Part shown: one piece after another, positions 1-9,649 of the stretch
Numbering within the stretch: position 1 is the stretch's first letter
Layout of the letters: every line of letters begins with the position of its first letter
NCBI GenBank assembly: GCA_002686885.1
Contig: NYYT01000034.1
Coordinates: forward strand, 16,872 to 54,437
Direction of reading: 5' to 3'
Source: Pedosphaera sp.
GTDB taxonomy: Bacteria; Verrucomicrobiota; Verrucomicrobiia; Limisphaerales; AAA164-E04
Length of the DNA stretch: 37,566 bases
Position numbers and translations under genes: made by a program
The notes under the pieces: model-generated
The model's database searches: none
Seen by the model: the letters and a program-made list of their open reading frames with translations, nothing else
Told to the model about the DNA's origin: nothing

Positions 1-465
1 GCGAAGGTTTTCAATTACCAGTCCGCTCGCTGGGAAACAGGCACGCCGCTCCCCTTCAAACGACGCTTTGATGGCATCCTGATCGACGCCCCGTGCAGCG
101 GTCTTGGCACTTGGCAGAGGCATCCCGATGCAAGGTGGTCCACCCAGCCCAAGGACGTTCAGGAACTGGCAACCTTGCAGCTTGAATGCCTTCAGGCAGG
201 TGCAAGGGCACTCAAACCGGGCGGCAAGTTGATCTATGCGGTCTGTACCCTGACTCGAGCTGAGACTACGGGAGTCGTCAAACGTTTTGAAAAGATGCAC
301 CCTGAGCTTGAACCTTGGCCGTGGCAGGGAAAGGATCCCCATTTGCCCGAGTGCCATGGGCAAGGAACCACCAGGGCAACCCACGGCATCCTGCTTCAGC
401 CTCATGAGTGGAAAGCCAACGGGATGTTCATGGCACGCTGGCGAATGCGCTCCAAGGCCAGGTAA
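1..465 (+). CDS. RsmB/NOP2-family RNA m5C methyltransferase, 5'-truncated by the window edge
   Basis: Frame 1 is open from base 1. It reads FDGILIDAPCSGLGTWQRHPDARW (motif IV, DAPCSG) and LKPGGKLIYAVCTL (motif VI Cys), and stops at TAA 463-465. Confidence 0.9.
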   Translation, partial: AKVFNYQSARWETGTPLPFKRRFDGILIDAPCSGLGTWQRHPDARWSTQPKDVQELATLQLECLQAGARALKPGGKLIYAVCTLTRAETTGVVKRFEKMHPELEPWPWQGKDPHLPECHGQGTTRATHGILLQPHEWKANGMFMARWRMRSKAR

Positions 466-522
466 CGGAATGACTCCAAGGATTCCATTGATGGTACGTT
501 ATGGGCATGCCAATCTTGCTCC

Positions 523-2418
523 ATGCCCCGCTCAAGCTTGTCGTCTTTTTTCTACCTTTACTTATCGCTTCTTAGCTTGGTCTGCCCTGTCCTACTGGTG
601 TGCCAGTCTTGGAATTCACTGCAGGCACAAAGCAAGCCACACAAACCCGTATTGCATGGTCAGCACTGGATTGCCATCACAGGGAAACCCTTGGCAGCAA
701 CAGCTGGGGCGCAGATTTTCAGCCAAGGAGGCAATGCCATCGATGCGGCATGCGCCATGCTTGCTGCCACTTGCACGATGCATGATGCATTGAGCTGGGG
801 TGGCGAAACCCAGGCGCTGATTTTTGACCCCAGGGAAAAGAAAGTCGTCGGCATCAATGCGCTGGGCGTCGCTCCCACAGGGGCCACAGCGGATTTTTTC
901 ATCCAACAAGGGCTTCGATATCCCCCCGGTGAAGGAGCTCAGGCAGCGGTGACGCCCGGAACACCCGGTGGCCTGATGATCATGCTCGCCCATTATGGCA
1001 CGTTCTCCCTGGAACAAGTCTTAAAGCCCGCCATGGAATTGGCTCAAGGATACCCTATCGAGACGGCCACTTCAGAGTGGATCGAGGATTCCAAGGAAAC
1101 CATCAAACAGTGGGAGTCTTCCACGCGCGTTTTTCTTCCTCATCTTGGAAAAGTCTACGAGGCGCCCCGACCGGGCGAAATTTTTCGTCAACCCGACCTG
1201 TATCGGACCTTGGAGAAATGCGTCTTCGCCGAGAAACGGTCGTTGGCCAGGGGATCCAGCCGAAAGGAAGCGATCATGGCAGCGTATGATCGCTTCTACA
1301 GAGGGGATATTGCGGAAGCCTTAGTGGAAGGATGTCGGAAAGAAGGCGGACTTTTCACTCATGCGGATCTGGCCAATTGGCAGGTCCATGTCGAAGAACC
1401 CGTAGTCGGAACGTATCGCGACCTGGAGATTTACAAGCTGACTTCCTGGGTTCAAGGACCTGCCATGATCCAGATGCTCAATATGCTGGAGGCCCTGGAT
1501 ATGCGTTCCATGGGCCTGAATTCATCCCGATATATTCACACCCTTTACCAAGTCATGAACCTTAGCTTTGCGGATCGGGATTTCTACTACGGAGACCCAT
1601 ACTTCCCTCCGGAGGAACCCCTGGAGGTTCTTCTTTCGAAAAGTTATGCAAGGCACCGACTCACTCAACTGAACAGGATGCAGAATGATCCGCATATCGG
1701 CCCCGGTGATCCCTACCGGTGGCGTGGATTGGAGCACCCCTTCCCCGAGGAATGGAAAGGGTTTGTCGAAGGCAATCTGGAGCACATCGGCAAAAAGGAC
1801 ATGGCATCGGTCATCGATCAACGGCGGGACTTTCTCGCCGGAACCACCTCCATTCAGGCAGCCGATGCATCCGGATGGGTTGTTTCGATCACACCAAGCG
1901 GTGGTTGGCTGCCTGCTTGCATTGCCGGAAATACTGGCGTTGGACTCAGTCAGCGAATGCAAAGTTTTGTTCTTCATCCAAAGGATGGGCCCTACAACGT
2001 CCTTGAACCGGGCAAAAGACCGCGGGCCACGTTGACTCCGACCTTGGCCCTGAAAAACCACCGACCCTATCTCTGCTTTTCGGTTCAAGGTGGCGATACA
2101 CAGGAGCAAAACCTGGTCCAGTTCCTTCTCAACACCGTCGAATTTGGAATGAACGTCCAGGAGGCTTGTGAGGCACCGCACATTACCAGCTATCAAATGA
2201 GGGCATCTTTTGGCGAACACGCCTTCAGCCCAGGAAAACTCGCCATCCGAGAAGATCTGCCGTCTTGGACGCGAAAGGAACTTGAGGCCATGGGTTACAT
2301 CCTGGAGGAACAGGAACGTACTTCCGGCCCCATCACTGCCATTTATTTTGATCCGATTCACCAAACCTTTTGGGGAGGTGCCAGCAATCATGGTGACGAC
2401 ACGGGGATTGCCTGGTAA
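523..2418 (+). CDS. ggt: Gamma-glutamyltransferase family protein (Ntn hydrolase), exported
   Basis: Hydrophobic N-terminus, GGNAIDAA, TPGTP, FYRGDIA, the Thr-nucleophile motif GTTSIQAAD, PGKRPRATLTP and GGDTQEQ. Confidence 0.92.
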   Translation: MPRSSLSSFFYLYLSLLSLVCPVLLVCQSWNSLQAQSKPHKPVLHGQHWIAITGKPLAATAGAQIFSQGGNAIDAACAMLAATCTMHDALSWGGETQALIFDPREKKVVGINALGVAPTGATADFFIQQGLRYPPGEGAQAAVTPGTPGGLMIMLAHYGTFSLEQVLKPAMELAQGYPIETATSEWIEDSKETIKQWESSTRVFLPHLGKVYEAPRPGEIFRQPDLYRTLEKCVFAEKRSLARGSSRKEAIMAAYDRFYRGDIAEALVEGCRKEGGLFTHADLANWQVHVEEPVVGTYRDLEIYKLTSWVQGPAMIQMLNMLEALDMRSMGLNSSRYIHTLYQVMNLSFADRDFYYGDPYFPPEEPLEVLLSKSYARHRLTQLNRMQNDPHIGPGDPYRWRGLEHPFPEEWKGFVEGNLEHIGKKDMASVIDQRRDFLAGTTSIQAADASGWVVSITPSGGWLPACIAGNTGVGLSQRMQSFVLHPKDGPYNVLEPGKRPRATLTPTLALKNHRPYLCFSVQGGDTQEQNLVQFLLNTVEFGMNVQEACEAPHITSYQMRASFGEHAFSPGKLAIREDLPSWTRKELEAMGYILEEQERTSGPITAIYFDPIHQTFWGGASNHGDDTGIAW

Positions 2419-2472
2419 AGGCTTAATTTTTTCTCAAGGCACTGTATTCGAGAGGTTTATACTCTTATTGTT

Positions 2473-2526
2473 TTCTTAGACATTTTTTAAACTTTTTTTT
2501 GACATGCCGGAAAGCTGTGGAAATTT
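2473..2526 (+). promoter_or_regulatory. Sigma70-like promoter of the fasciclin gene, overlapped by three 11-bp-phased direct repeats (CarH/LitR-type operator candidate)
   Basis: TAGACA at 2477, TAAACT at 2488 and TTGACA at 2499 (period 11). The third repeat is a consensus -35, followed by 16 bp ending in TGn and a weak -10 AAATTT (2521-2526). Confidence 0.55.
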
Positions 2527-2562
2527 GCTCACATCCCAGGGGATACAAACTAACTTAAAATT

Positions 2563-3051
2563 ATGATTAAAAACCTACTTCTAACCGCAGCTACCGCAGT
2601 AGCCATTCTCTCACAGCCCGCACTGGCTGAGCCCAACACCAAAGCCGATATCGTTGAGGTCGCTGTCAAGGCAGATTCCTTCAAGACTTTGGTCGCAGCC
2701 GTGAAGGCGGCGGGTCTGGTGGATGTTCTCAAGGGCGATGGGCCTTTCACGGTATTCGCTCCCACCGATGAGGCTTTCAAAAAGCTTCCCAAGGGCACCG
2801 TTGAGTCTCTCCTCAAACCAGAGAACAAAGACAAACTGGCCTCCATCCTCAAATATCACGTGATTCCAGCCAAGGTCATGGCTAAGGATGTGAAGTCCGG
2901 AAAAGCGAAAACGGTGCTGGGTAAAGAAGTGAATATCACCGCCAGCGAGTGGGGTGTGAAAGTGGACAACGCCAAGGTGATCAAAACCGATGTGGCTGCC
3001 TCCAATGGAGTCATTCACGTGATCGACCAGGTCATCCTACCGAAGTCCTGA
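2563..3051 (+). CDS. Secreted single-domain fasciclin (FAS1) protein
   Basis: Signal peptide ending ALA, H1 motif [19 protein letters not shown], and H2 motif [15 protein letters not shown]. Confidence 0.95.
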   Translation: MIKNLLLTAATAVAILSQPALAEPNTKADIVEVAVKADSFKTLVAAVKAAGLVDVLKGDGPFTVFAPTDEAFKKLPKGTVESLLKPENKDKLASILKYHVIPAKVMAKDVKSGKAKTVLGKEVNITASEWGVKVDNAKVIKTDVAASNGVIHVIDQVILPKS

Positions 3052-3075
3052 TTGATTCATGTTTTTTAGGGTTGC

Positions 3076-3105
3076 AAGCACCCGCCCTCGGGCGGGTGCT
3101 TTTTT
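3076..3105 (+). terminator. Rho-independent terminator after the fasciclin gene
   Basis: AAGCACCCGCC-CTCG-GGCGGGTGCTT perfect GC-rich stem followed by a T-tract. Confidence 0.9.
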
Positions 3106-3141
3106 CTGTTTCCCATCAAGGAACCATGATCCACTGATGGG

Positions 3142-3837
3142 ATGGTCATGCAGACTGTTCCCTCCATTCTGATCACCGGGGCCAACCGTGGCATTGGCAG
3201 AGAATTGGCGCTGTGTTGTGCAAAAAATAACTGGTCTACCCACGCCACTTTCCGAACATCACCCCCTGCCACATCCTCGGAAATTGATTATTTTCAAATG
3301 GACGTCACGCTCGAGAATCAAGTTTGCGATGCGATGGCCGCACTCAAAGAAAAAATGGGACATCTCGACGTATTGGTTCACAACGCGGGTGTTTTCCCCG
3401 AGCCCACGGATGCTCCCTTTGACGCATTGAAACCAGAATGGTGGGAGCAGACGTATCAAACCCATGTCCTGGGAGCCTTCTACGTGATCAAGGCAGCACT
3501 TCCCCTCCTGAGAAAAAGCACTTCACCGCGCATCGTTAATTTGTCTTCAGGTGCCAGTTCCATCACCCAAAGATCGGGCCGGAGGTATGCTTATGGTGCC
3601 AGTAAGGCCGCGCTGAACCACCTCACTCGTGGTTTGGCTCAGGAATGGGAACATGAGGGCATCTGCGTGGTTGCCTTAAGCCCTGGCTGGGTAAAGACCG
3701 ACATGGGCGGCTCGAAGGCCGAGCTTGAGCCCAGCCAGGCGGCAAGTGATCTGGAGAGGACCCTCCGCCAGCTCAACATTTCTCATTCAGGGAAATTCCT
3801 CGACCGTTTTGGCAAAGAAGGCGTGTATCACTGGTAA
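3142..3837 (+). CDS. Short-chain dehydrogenase/reductase (CsgA/C-factor-like)
   Basis: TGANRGIG, HNAGV, SSG, YGASKAALN (YxxxK) and SPGWVKTDMGG. The start may be 3148. Confidence 0.92.
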   Translation: MVMQTVPSILITGANRGIGRELALCCAKNNWSTHATFRTSPPATSSEIDYFQMDVTLENQVCDAMAALKEKMGHLDVLVHNAGVFPEPTDAPFDALKPEWWEQTYQTHVLGAFYVIKAALPLLRKSTSPRIVNLSSGASSITQRSGRRYAYGASKAALNHLTRGLAQEWEHEGICVVALSPGWVKTDMGGSKAELEPSQAASDLERTLRQLNISHSGKFLDRFGKEGVYHW

Positions 3838-3856
3838 GGGCCATTGGTCGGAGGGT

Positions 3857-5335
3857 CTAGGGCCTTTCAGGACGTTTCTCGGGCATGGGCGCATCGACCT
3901 CTTCCCACCAGGAACGAAGTTGAGATCGCATGCGCTGCACCACTTCCGGACGGGTCGCCATCAAATTATGATTCTCCCCTTCATCTACGGGCAAATAATA
4001 CAACTCCTCGCGTTCATCCTCGAAATAATAAAGGTATTTCCACGGCCCATGACGCATCGCCGATACAGGTGTGGTGGTTGGATAATAATGCGGATAATGA
4101 AAGAAAAGCGCCTCGCGACCTAAATCGCCCGGCACTGCCGAATCCTGCCAAAGGGTGCTGAGATTCTGCCCATCCAGTGCCGTGCCCTGATCACGCGTGA
4201 TACCCAGGATGGATAAAACGGTGGGCATGAGATCGCAGGTCGTGACCGGAGCCTTCAAGACCTTCTGGCGCAAAGAAGATCCAGGAAGGTCCATGATCCA
4301 AGGAATACGAACCCCTCCCTCGTAACAGGATCCCTTTCCAGAACGCAAAGGTGCGTTGGAAGTCACCGGAACCCCTGGGTGTAATTTGCATTCATTGACA
4401 AATCCCCCATTGTCGGAAAGAAACAAAATCACAGCATTCTCCCTCCATCCGCGGGATTCCATATAATTCAGCAGGCGACCCACATTTTCATCCAGGCTCT
4501 CAACCATCGCTGCATAGTCAGCGTTCCGGTGCCTGGCGGGCTGCACTTGGCGAATCTTACGACGGTATTTCTCCACCTTTTCCGGTCGACCATCGATAGG
4601 CGTATGAACCGAATGGTACCAAAGATTCAGAAAAACCGGCTGATGGTCTGCCTTCTGATCCAAGACTTCCATGGCCTTTTCGGTCAGCTTGTCCGTCAGG
4701 TAATCACCCGGCTCGCCCGGTTCGAGATCGGGTACGTATCGCCAGCCCTGAAAATACCGAGTCCCCGAGTAGGGATAGAAAAAACTCTGAGGTGCCCCCC
4801 ACAAGGTGCCCCCGATATTGACATCAAATCCGTGAGGTTGCGGGTAGGACTCCGCAGGCCCAAGATGCCATTTCCCCACATGAGCGGTGTAATACCCCGC
4901 CTGCTTGAGGTATTCGGCCAGTGTCTTCTCAGAGAGAGGCAAAGCATCCCTGGTGATGGGTTCCAGAAGGGAGCGGTTGCCTCGATTTTTGGCGCTCTCG
5001 CGCCAGATGGTCATGTCGAGTCTGGCAGGGTGACGTCCGGTCAAAAGTGAAGCTCGAGTGGGAGAGCACACCGGGCTTGCCGCATAGGCATGGGTAAAAC
5101 GAAAACCATCCTTTGCCAAAGCATCCAAATGAGGGGTTTCATGCAAATCGCTCCCATAACAGGCAAGATCACTCCAGCCCAAATCATCGGCAAGAATCAG
5201 AACCACATGCGGCTTCTGCCCTGTTTCTTGGGCAGCATACATCCTAGGGGAAGCATCGATCACAGGCACCATAAGGACGGCGATCCATGCAGAAAGAATG
5301 CTCAGTGGGGATTGCATGGAGAAAAGTCTGCTCAT
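3857..5335 (-). CDS. Formylglycine-dependent (S1) sulfatase, Cys-type, exported
   Basis: ILADDLGW, CSPTRASLLTG (CxPxR), GKWHLG, SDNGG and GKGSCYEGGVRIP. The start is placed at ATG 5335 (alternative 5317) because the longer ORF to 5413 overlaps the upstream gene. Confidence 0.93.
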   Translation of the reverse strand: MSRLFSMQSPLSILSAWIAVLMVPVIDASPRMYAAQETGQKPHVVLILADDLGWSDLACYGSDLHETPHLDALAKDGFRFTHAYAASPVCSPTRASLLTGRHPARLDMTIWRESAKNRGNRSLLEPITRDALPLSEKTLAEYLKQAGYYTAHVGKWHLGPAESYPQPHGFDVNIGGTLWGAPQSFFYPYSGTRYFQGWRYVPDLEPGEPGDYLTDKLTEKAMEVLDQKADHQPVFLNLWYHSVHTPIDGRPEKVEKYRRKIRQVQPARHRNADYAAMVESLDENVGRLLNYMESRGWRENAVILFLSDNGGFVNECKLHPGVPVTSNAPLRSGKGSCYEGGVRIPWIMDLPGSSLRQKVLKAPVTTCDLMPTVLSILGITRDQGTALDGQNLSTLWQDSAVPGDLGREALFFHYPHYYPTTTPVSAMRHGPWKYLYYFEDEREELYYLPVDEGENHNLMATRPEVVQRMRSQLRSWWEEVDAPMPEKRPERP

Positions 5336-5375
5336 CGAAACTCGGAAGGTCAATGGTAAGACCACCCAAAGGGCA

Positions 5376-6113
5376 TTAAGGCGTGATCGAGTCCTTCTCG
5401 GGCGGCGGAGCATGACGCCATTGATCGGTAACGGCCCAGAGGTTTTCTGGGCTGAGCATGGTTCCTTCTTTCATGAAACGCACACTTCCATCGGCAAAAG
5501 CGGCATTCGCCCCCCCGCCTTCCCCTTCTCGCCTCGCTCCGTGCTTGGCCTGATCAATCTCCTGCACGTCGTTGCCATCGCCTTGATAAAAATCCATGTG
5601 GGCGTGGTAGGAGGATTTTCGCTTTTCGCCGAAGGTAATGGTATTGGATGGTTCGGGAATGTGAGCCATGCGCATCCCAACGGGCCACTGCCATTGTTTG
5701 TAGACATCAAATTGCTCTTTGCTGAGCTTGACCGCAAAGAAATCATTAAACCCATTGATCAGAAAACTATGGTGCGCAAAAAATCCATCGGCCGGGCACT
5801 TCACGATGGCATCCACCTGATAATAGGGCTTGAGTGCCGAAACCCAATTTTGATGCCCGGAGATGCGAGGGGGTAATTGATCATCGTGGTCATCCGCATA
5901 CATTTGCAGGGACATCTGTAGCTGTCGCATATTGCTCAGGCACTTGATCTGATGAGCCTTACCCTTGGCGCGGGAGAGAGCCGGAAGCAGCATGCTCGCC
6001 AAAATGGAGAGGATGGCTATGACCACCAACAATTCGATCAAGGTAAACCCGGCGGGAGTCGATCGGCATTGGACACCAAGTTTCACAATTTGATTCTGCT
6101 CTTTTCCCTCCAC
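5376..6113 (-). CDS. Prepilin-type N-terminal cleavage/methylation protein with DUF1559 / H-X9-DG-like C-terminus
   Basis: GFTLIELLVVIAILSILASMLLPALSRAK, CLSNMRQL, CPAD and C-terminal KHG...GANAAFADGSV. Confidence 0.92.
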   Translation of the reverse strand: MEGKEQNQIVKLGVQCRSTPAGFTLIELLVVIAILSILASMLLPALSRAKGKAHQIKCLSNMRQLQMSLQMYADDHDDQLPPRISGHQNWVSALKPYYQVDAIVKCPADGFFAHHSFLINGFNDFFAVKLSKEQFDVYKQWQWPVGMRMAHIPEPSNTITFGEKRKSSYHAHMDFYQGDGNDVQEIDQAKHGARREGEGGGANAAFADGSVRFMKEGTMLSPENLWAVTDQWRHAPPPEKDSITP

Positions 6114-6221
6114 GATGAACAGACAGAATGAAAGGAAAGGCGCTGAGGGGAAATCATCCTCTCACAGACATAATTCCCTGTCCAAGAACTGAGGCTGCAG
6201 GCAAGCTCCTTAGAGTAGGCC

Positions 6222-8261
6222 ATGGCAAAAGCATACCAACTCAAACGCGATGTTCCGAGGCAGCCTCGGGAGGGGCAAATCGATTACCGAGCCGAACTGA
6301 ATGAACAACAGTGGGCAGCCGTTACATCCCCCAAAGGCCCTGCACTGGTCATCGCCGGAGCTGGAGCTGGCAAGACACGCACCTTAACCTATCGGGTGGC
6401 GTACCTTTTAGAGCAAGGCATTCCGCCAGAATGCATCCTCCTGCTCACCTTCACCAACAAAGCAGCTCGGGAGATGATGCAGCGAGTAGGAGATCTTCTG
6501 GGTGCTCAGACACTCGTACCGTGGGGAGGCACCTTTCATTCCATCGGTGCCCGTATGCTGAGGAGACATTGCGATCGTATCGGATTTCAACCCGATTTCA
6601 CCATCATGGATCGAGAAGATGCGACGCAATTGCTCCAAAGCTGCATCCAATCGGCCGGGATCGACATCAAAGCGACCCGATTTCCCAAAGCCAAGGTTCT
6701 GGCCGATATCCTCTCCTTGGCCACCAACCGACAATGCAGCGTCGAACACATCCTGGAAAACCAATTTCCCTACTTCAGTCATCTTGCAGAAGAAATGGCA
6801 CGCGTGCAGCAAGCGTACCGCAGGCGTAAGGCAGAAAACCACATGATGGATTTTGACGACTTGCTATGCCGGTGGCTGGAATGCCTTCAATCCGAAGAGG
6901 ACATTCGAGGACGCTACCAGCAGCAGTTTCAGTTCATCCTCGTCGACGAATATCAGGACACCAACAAGATCCAAAGTGACCTGGTCGACATTCTGGCTGC
7001 CACGCACCAGAACGTCATGGTCGTGGGCGATGATTCCCAAAGCATCTATTCATGGCGAGGGGCCCACTTTGCGAACATCTTTGAATTTCCAAAACGCTAT
7101 CAGGAGGCAAAGGTCTACAAGATAGAGACCAATTACCGCAGCACTCCTGAAATCCTCCATCTGGCCAATGCCATCATCGGATGCAACCAGCATCAATTCA
7201 GCAAATCACTCACTCCGGCGCGTTCACCCGGCATCGCACCCATGCTGGTCGTCACCAACGACGCACATGAGCAAGCAATGTTTGTTGCCCAAAAGGCGCT
7301 AGAATTAAGGGAAGAAGGCTTTGAACTCAATGACATGGCCATCCTTTATCGTTCTCATTTCCATGCCATGGAACTACAGATGGAATTGACCAGCCGCAAC
7401 ATCCCATTTTCCATCACCAGTGGCATTCGTTTTTTCGAGCAGGCGCACATCAAGGATGTCACCGCCTATATCAAATTACTTTGCAACCCGGTCGATGAAC
7501 TCTCCTTTGTTCGACTCGTACGACTGCTTCCAGGGATTGGGGCTCGGAGCGCTGAGAAGCTATGGAAGGCCTTCAGGGAGGGCAGTGTTCTGTCAAATGA
7601 GCAAAGCGAGGGACAGGATCCGGACTGGACCATCCGTTATTCGGTTTCAGCAGGGCTCAAGGCATGCGCCCAAAAGGTTGGCAAAAAATCAAAAACGGCT
7701 TGGGATCAATTCCAGTGCACCTTGGAACAAATGGAAGACCCTTCCTTGAGTCAAAGCATTCCCGGCATGATTCGGCATGTCTTGGAGGCTGGCTATGAAG
7801 ATTACCTCAAGGGAGAATATAGTAACTATCGCAACCGGTTGGAAGATCTCCAGCAACTCGCACATTATGGAGAAGGTTTTGATACCCCGGAAGCTTTCCT
7901 CACCCAATTGGCACTAGAGACCGAAATGGAACCCGGGAGAGGCCAGGAGCAAACCGATGACGAAGAGCGCATCAAACTTTCTAGCATCCATCAGGCCAAA
8001 GGGCTGGAGTTCAAGATCGTTTTCGTCATCATGCTGTGTGAGGGCCTCTTTCCCTCGGAGCGTTCCGCGGAATACGAAGACTCCGAAGAGGAAGAGCGGC
8101 GTTTGTTTTATGTCGCCTCCACCAGAGCCATGAACGAACTGTATTTATGCTACCCTCTCATGCGTTTCACTCATCATGGAACGGGAGATTTCATGCAAAA
8201 TCCATCTCGTTTCCTGACCGAGCTTCCCAAGGAAGTGTATGAGGAAATCCGAGTACAATAA
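6222..8261 (+). CDS. uvrD: UvrD/PcrA/Rep-family ATP-dependent DNA helicase
   Basis: LNEQQ, AGAGAGKT, TFTNKAA, LVDEYQD, VGDDSQSIYSWRGA, NYRS, SIHQAKGLEF and EERRLFYVASTRA. Confidence 0.95.
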   Translation: MAKAYQLKRDVPRQPREGQIDYRAELNEQQWAAVTSPKGPALVIAGAGAGKTRTLTYRVAYLLEQGIPPECILLLTFTNKAAREMMQRVGDLLGAQTLVPWGGTFHSIGARMLRRHCDRIGFQPDFTIMDREDATQLLQSCIQSAGIDIKATRFPKAKVLADILSLATNRQCSVEHILENQFPYFSHLAEEMARVQQAYRRRKAENHMMDFDDLLCRWLECLQSEEDIRGRYQQQFQFILVDEYQDTNKIQSDLVDILAATHQNVMVVGDDSQSIYSWRGAHFANIFEFPKRYQEAKVYKIETNYRSTPEILHLANAIIGCNQHQFSKSLTPARSPGIAPMLVVTNDAHEQAMFVAQKALELREEGFELNDMAILYRSHFHAMELQMELTSRNIPFSITSGIRFFEQAHIKDVTAYIKLLCNPVDELSFVRLVRLLPGIGARSAEKLWKAFREGSVLSNEQSEGQDPDWTIRYSVSAGLKACAQKVGKKSKTAWDQFQCTLEQMEDPSLSQSIPGMIRHVLEAGYEDYLKGEYSNYRNRLEDLQQLAHYGEGFDTPEAFLTQLALETEMEPGRGQEQTDDEERIKLSSIHQAKGLEFKIVFVIMLCEGLFPSERSAEYEDSEEEERRLFYVASTRAMNELYLCYPLMRFTHHGTGDFMQNPSRFLTELPKEVYEEIRVQ

Positions 8262-8357
8262 GGCTGCTCCCGACGCCACGCACCTGGCCCATCCATCTGT
8301 CCAACTTTTGCGACTTGCCTCGATTTTGGAAAACAGGTTCCATGCCGTTGGATCCTT

Positions 8358-9584
8358 ATGAGAAACCTTTTTCCATGGCAACTAGGCTGGACGCCTCTTC
8401 TACTCCTGAACCTCTTTCCCAACCTGAGTCAGGCTGAGCCTCAATACGAGGCTCAACTGATATTTCCTTTGGAATCCTGGCACAATCATGGCTCTTGCAT
8501 TGTTCAAACCCAGGAGGGAGACCTTCTGGCTTGTTGGTTCCATGGTTCAGGGGAAAGAAAGTCGGATGATGTCATGATTCTGGGTGCTCGCAAACGCAAG
8601 GGAGACTCTTCATGGAGCCAGCCATTTTTGATGGCCGATACCCCTGAGTTCCCCGACACCAACTGTTGCATGATCATCGATCCAAATAACCGCCTTTGGC
8701 TTCTCTGGCCCACCATCCAGGCCAACCTGTGGGAATCGGCACTGATGAAATATCAGATCAGTGAAAATTATCATGGAGATGGGCCGCCGGTCTGGAATCA
8801 GGAAAAGGTCCTGCACATCAAACCGGGTGATTCCTTTCCTGACGAAGTCAGGGAGAAAACGGCGGCCTACCTGAGCCATCAACAGCTCACGCCAGACATG
8901 ATCCAGTGGGCCCATGACAACTTCCAACAGGCCGATGACAAACTCACCCGGCGCCTGGGATGGTTTACAAGGGCACACCCTAAAATTCTCGATCAGCAGC
9001 GTATGCTGGTTGGGCTCTATTCGGATGGTTTTTCCTTTTCCATGGTGGCCATCACAGACGACTGGGGGGATTCCTGGACCTTCAGCGAACCCATTATTGG
9101 AGGAGGGAGCATCCAACCCAGCTTTGCCCAGAAGTCGAACGGTCATTTGGTCACTTACATGAGGGATAATGGCCCCCCACCTCACCGGGTATTGGTCTCC
9201 GAATCGCCCGACCGTGGAGAAACCTGGTCCAAAGTCCACGATCACCCACAACTCTTCAACCCCGGAGCCGGCCTCGAGCTGATCAACCTGAAAGACGGTC
9301 GATTTTTGGCCATTTACAATGACACCGAGGATGGTCGCCACCAACTGGCGGTTTCCATTTCTGAGGATGAAGGAGCTTCTTATCGGTGGACTCGGCATCT
9401 TGAAAAGCGTCCCAAAGGTAAAGGTTCTTTTCACTACCCTTCCATCATCCAGAGTGAGAATGGCATGCTCCACGCGACTTACAGCTATTTCATCCCTGGA
9501 GGACTCGAGGAAGAAGAAGGTAAATCCATCAAATATGCTCGGTTCAACATCGAGTGGATCACCCAAGGGGACTCCAACCCGTGA
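8358..9584 (+). CDS. Exported sialidase-like BNR/Asp-box beta-propeller protein
   Basis: Signal peptide (SQA-E), Asp-boxes TDDWGDSW, SPDRGETW and SEDEGASY, plus LACWFHG, YMRD and HYPSIIQ. Confidence 0.85.
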   Translation: MRNLFPWQLGWTPLLLLNLFPNLSQAEPQYEAQLIFPLESWHNHGSCIVQTQEGDLLACWFHGSGERKSDDVMILGARKRKGDSSWSQPFLMADTPEFPDTNCCMIIDPNNRLWLLWPTIQANLWESALMKYQISENYHGDGPPVWNQEKVLHIKPGDSFPDEVREKTAAYLSHQQLTPDMIQWAHDNFQQADDKLTRRLGWFTRAHPKILDQQRMLVGLYSDGFSFSMVAITDDWGDSWTFSEPIIGGGSIQPSFAQKSNGHLVTYMRDNGPPPHRVLVSESPDRGETWSKVHDHPQLFNPGAGLELINLKDGRFLAIYNDTEDGRHQLAVSISEDEGASYRWTRHLEKRPKGKGSFHYPSIIQSENGMLHATYSYFIPGGLEEEEGKSIKYARFNIEWITQGDSNP

Positions 9585-9649
9585 GTCCAGAATGGATGTG
9601 AGAGTTCTCATCATGAGATAGATTGGCACGCACCCTGCTCACCCTTTTC

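Noticed and set aside
1522-2391. 289-aa antisense ORF in ggt (similarly 8610-9629, 10301-11011, 24299-24943, 27598-28538 and 36896-37549)
   Set aside because: These lie opposite well-supported genes and have no motifs. Such ORFs are expected at this GC content and codon bias.
6114-6221. Possible SOS box upstream of the helicase
   Set aside because: The nearest match (TGTCC-AA-GAAC) does not fit the TGTTC-N4-GAACA spacing I recall for verrucomicrobial LexA.
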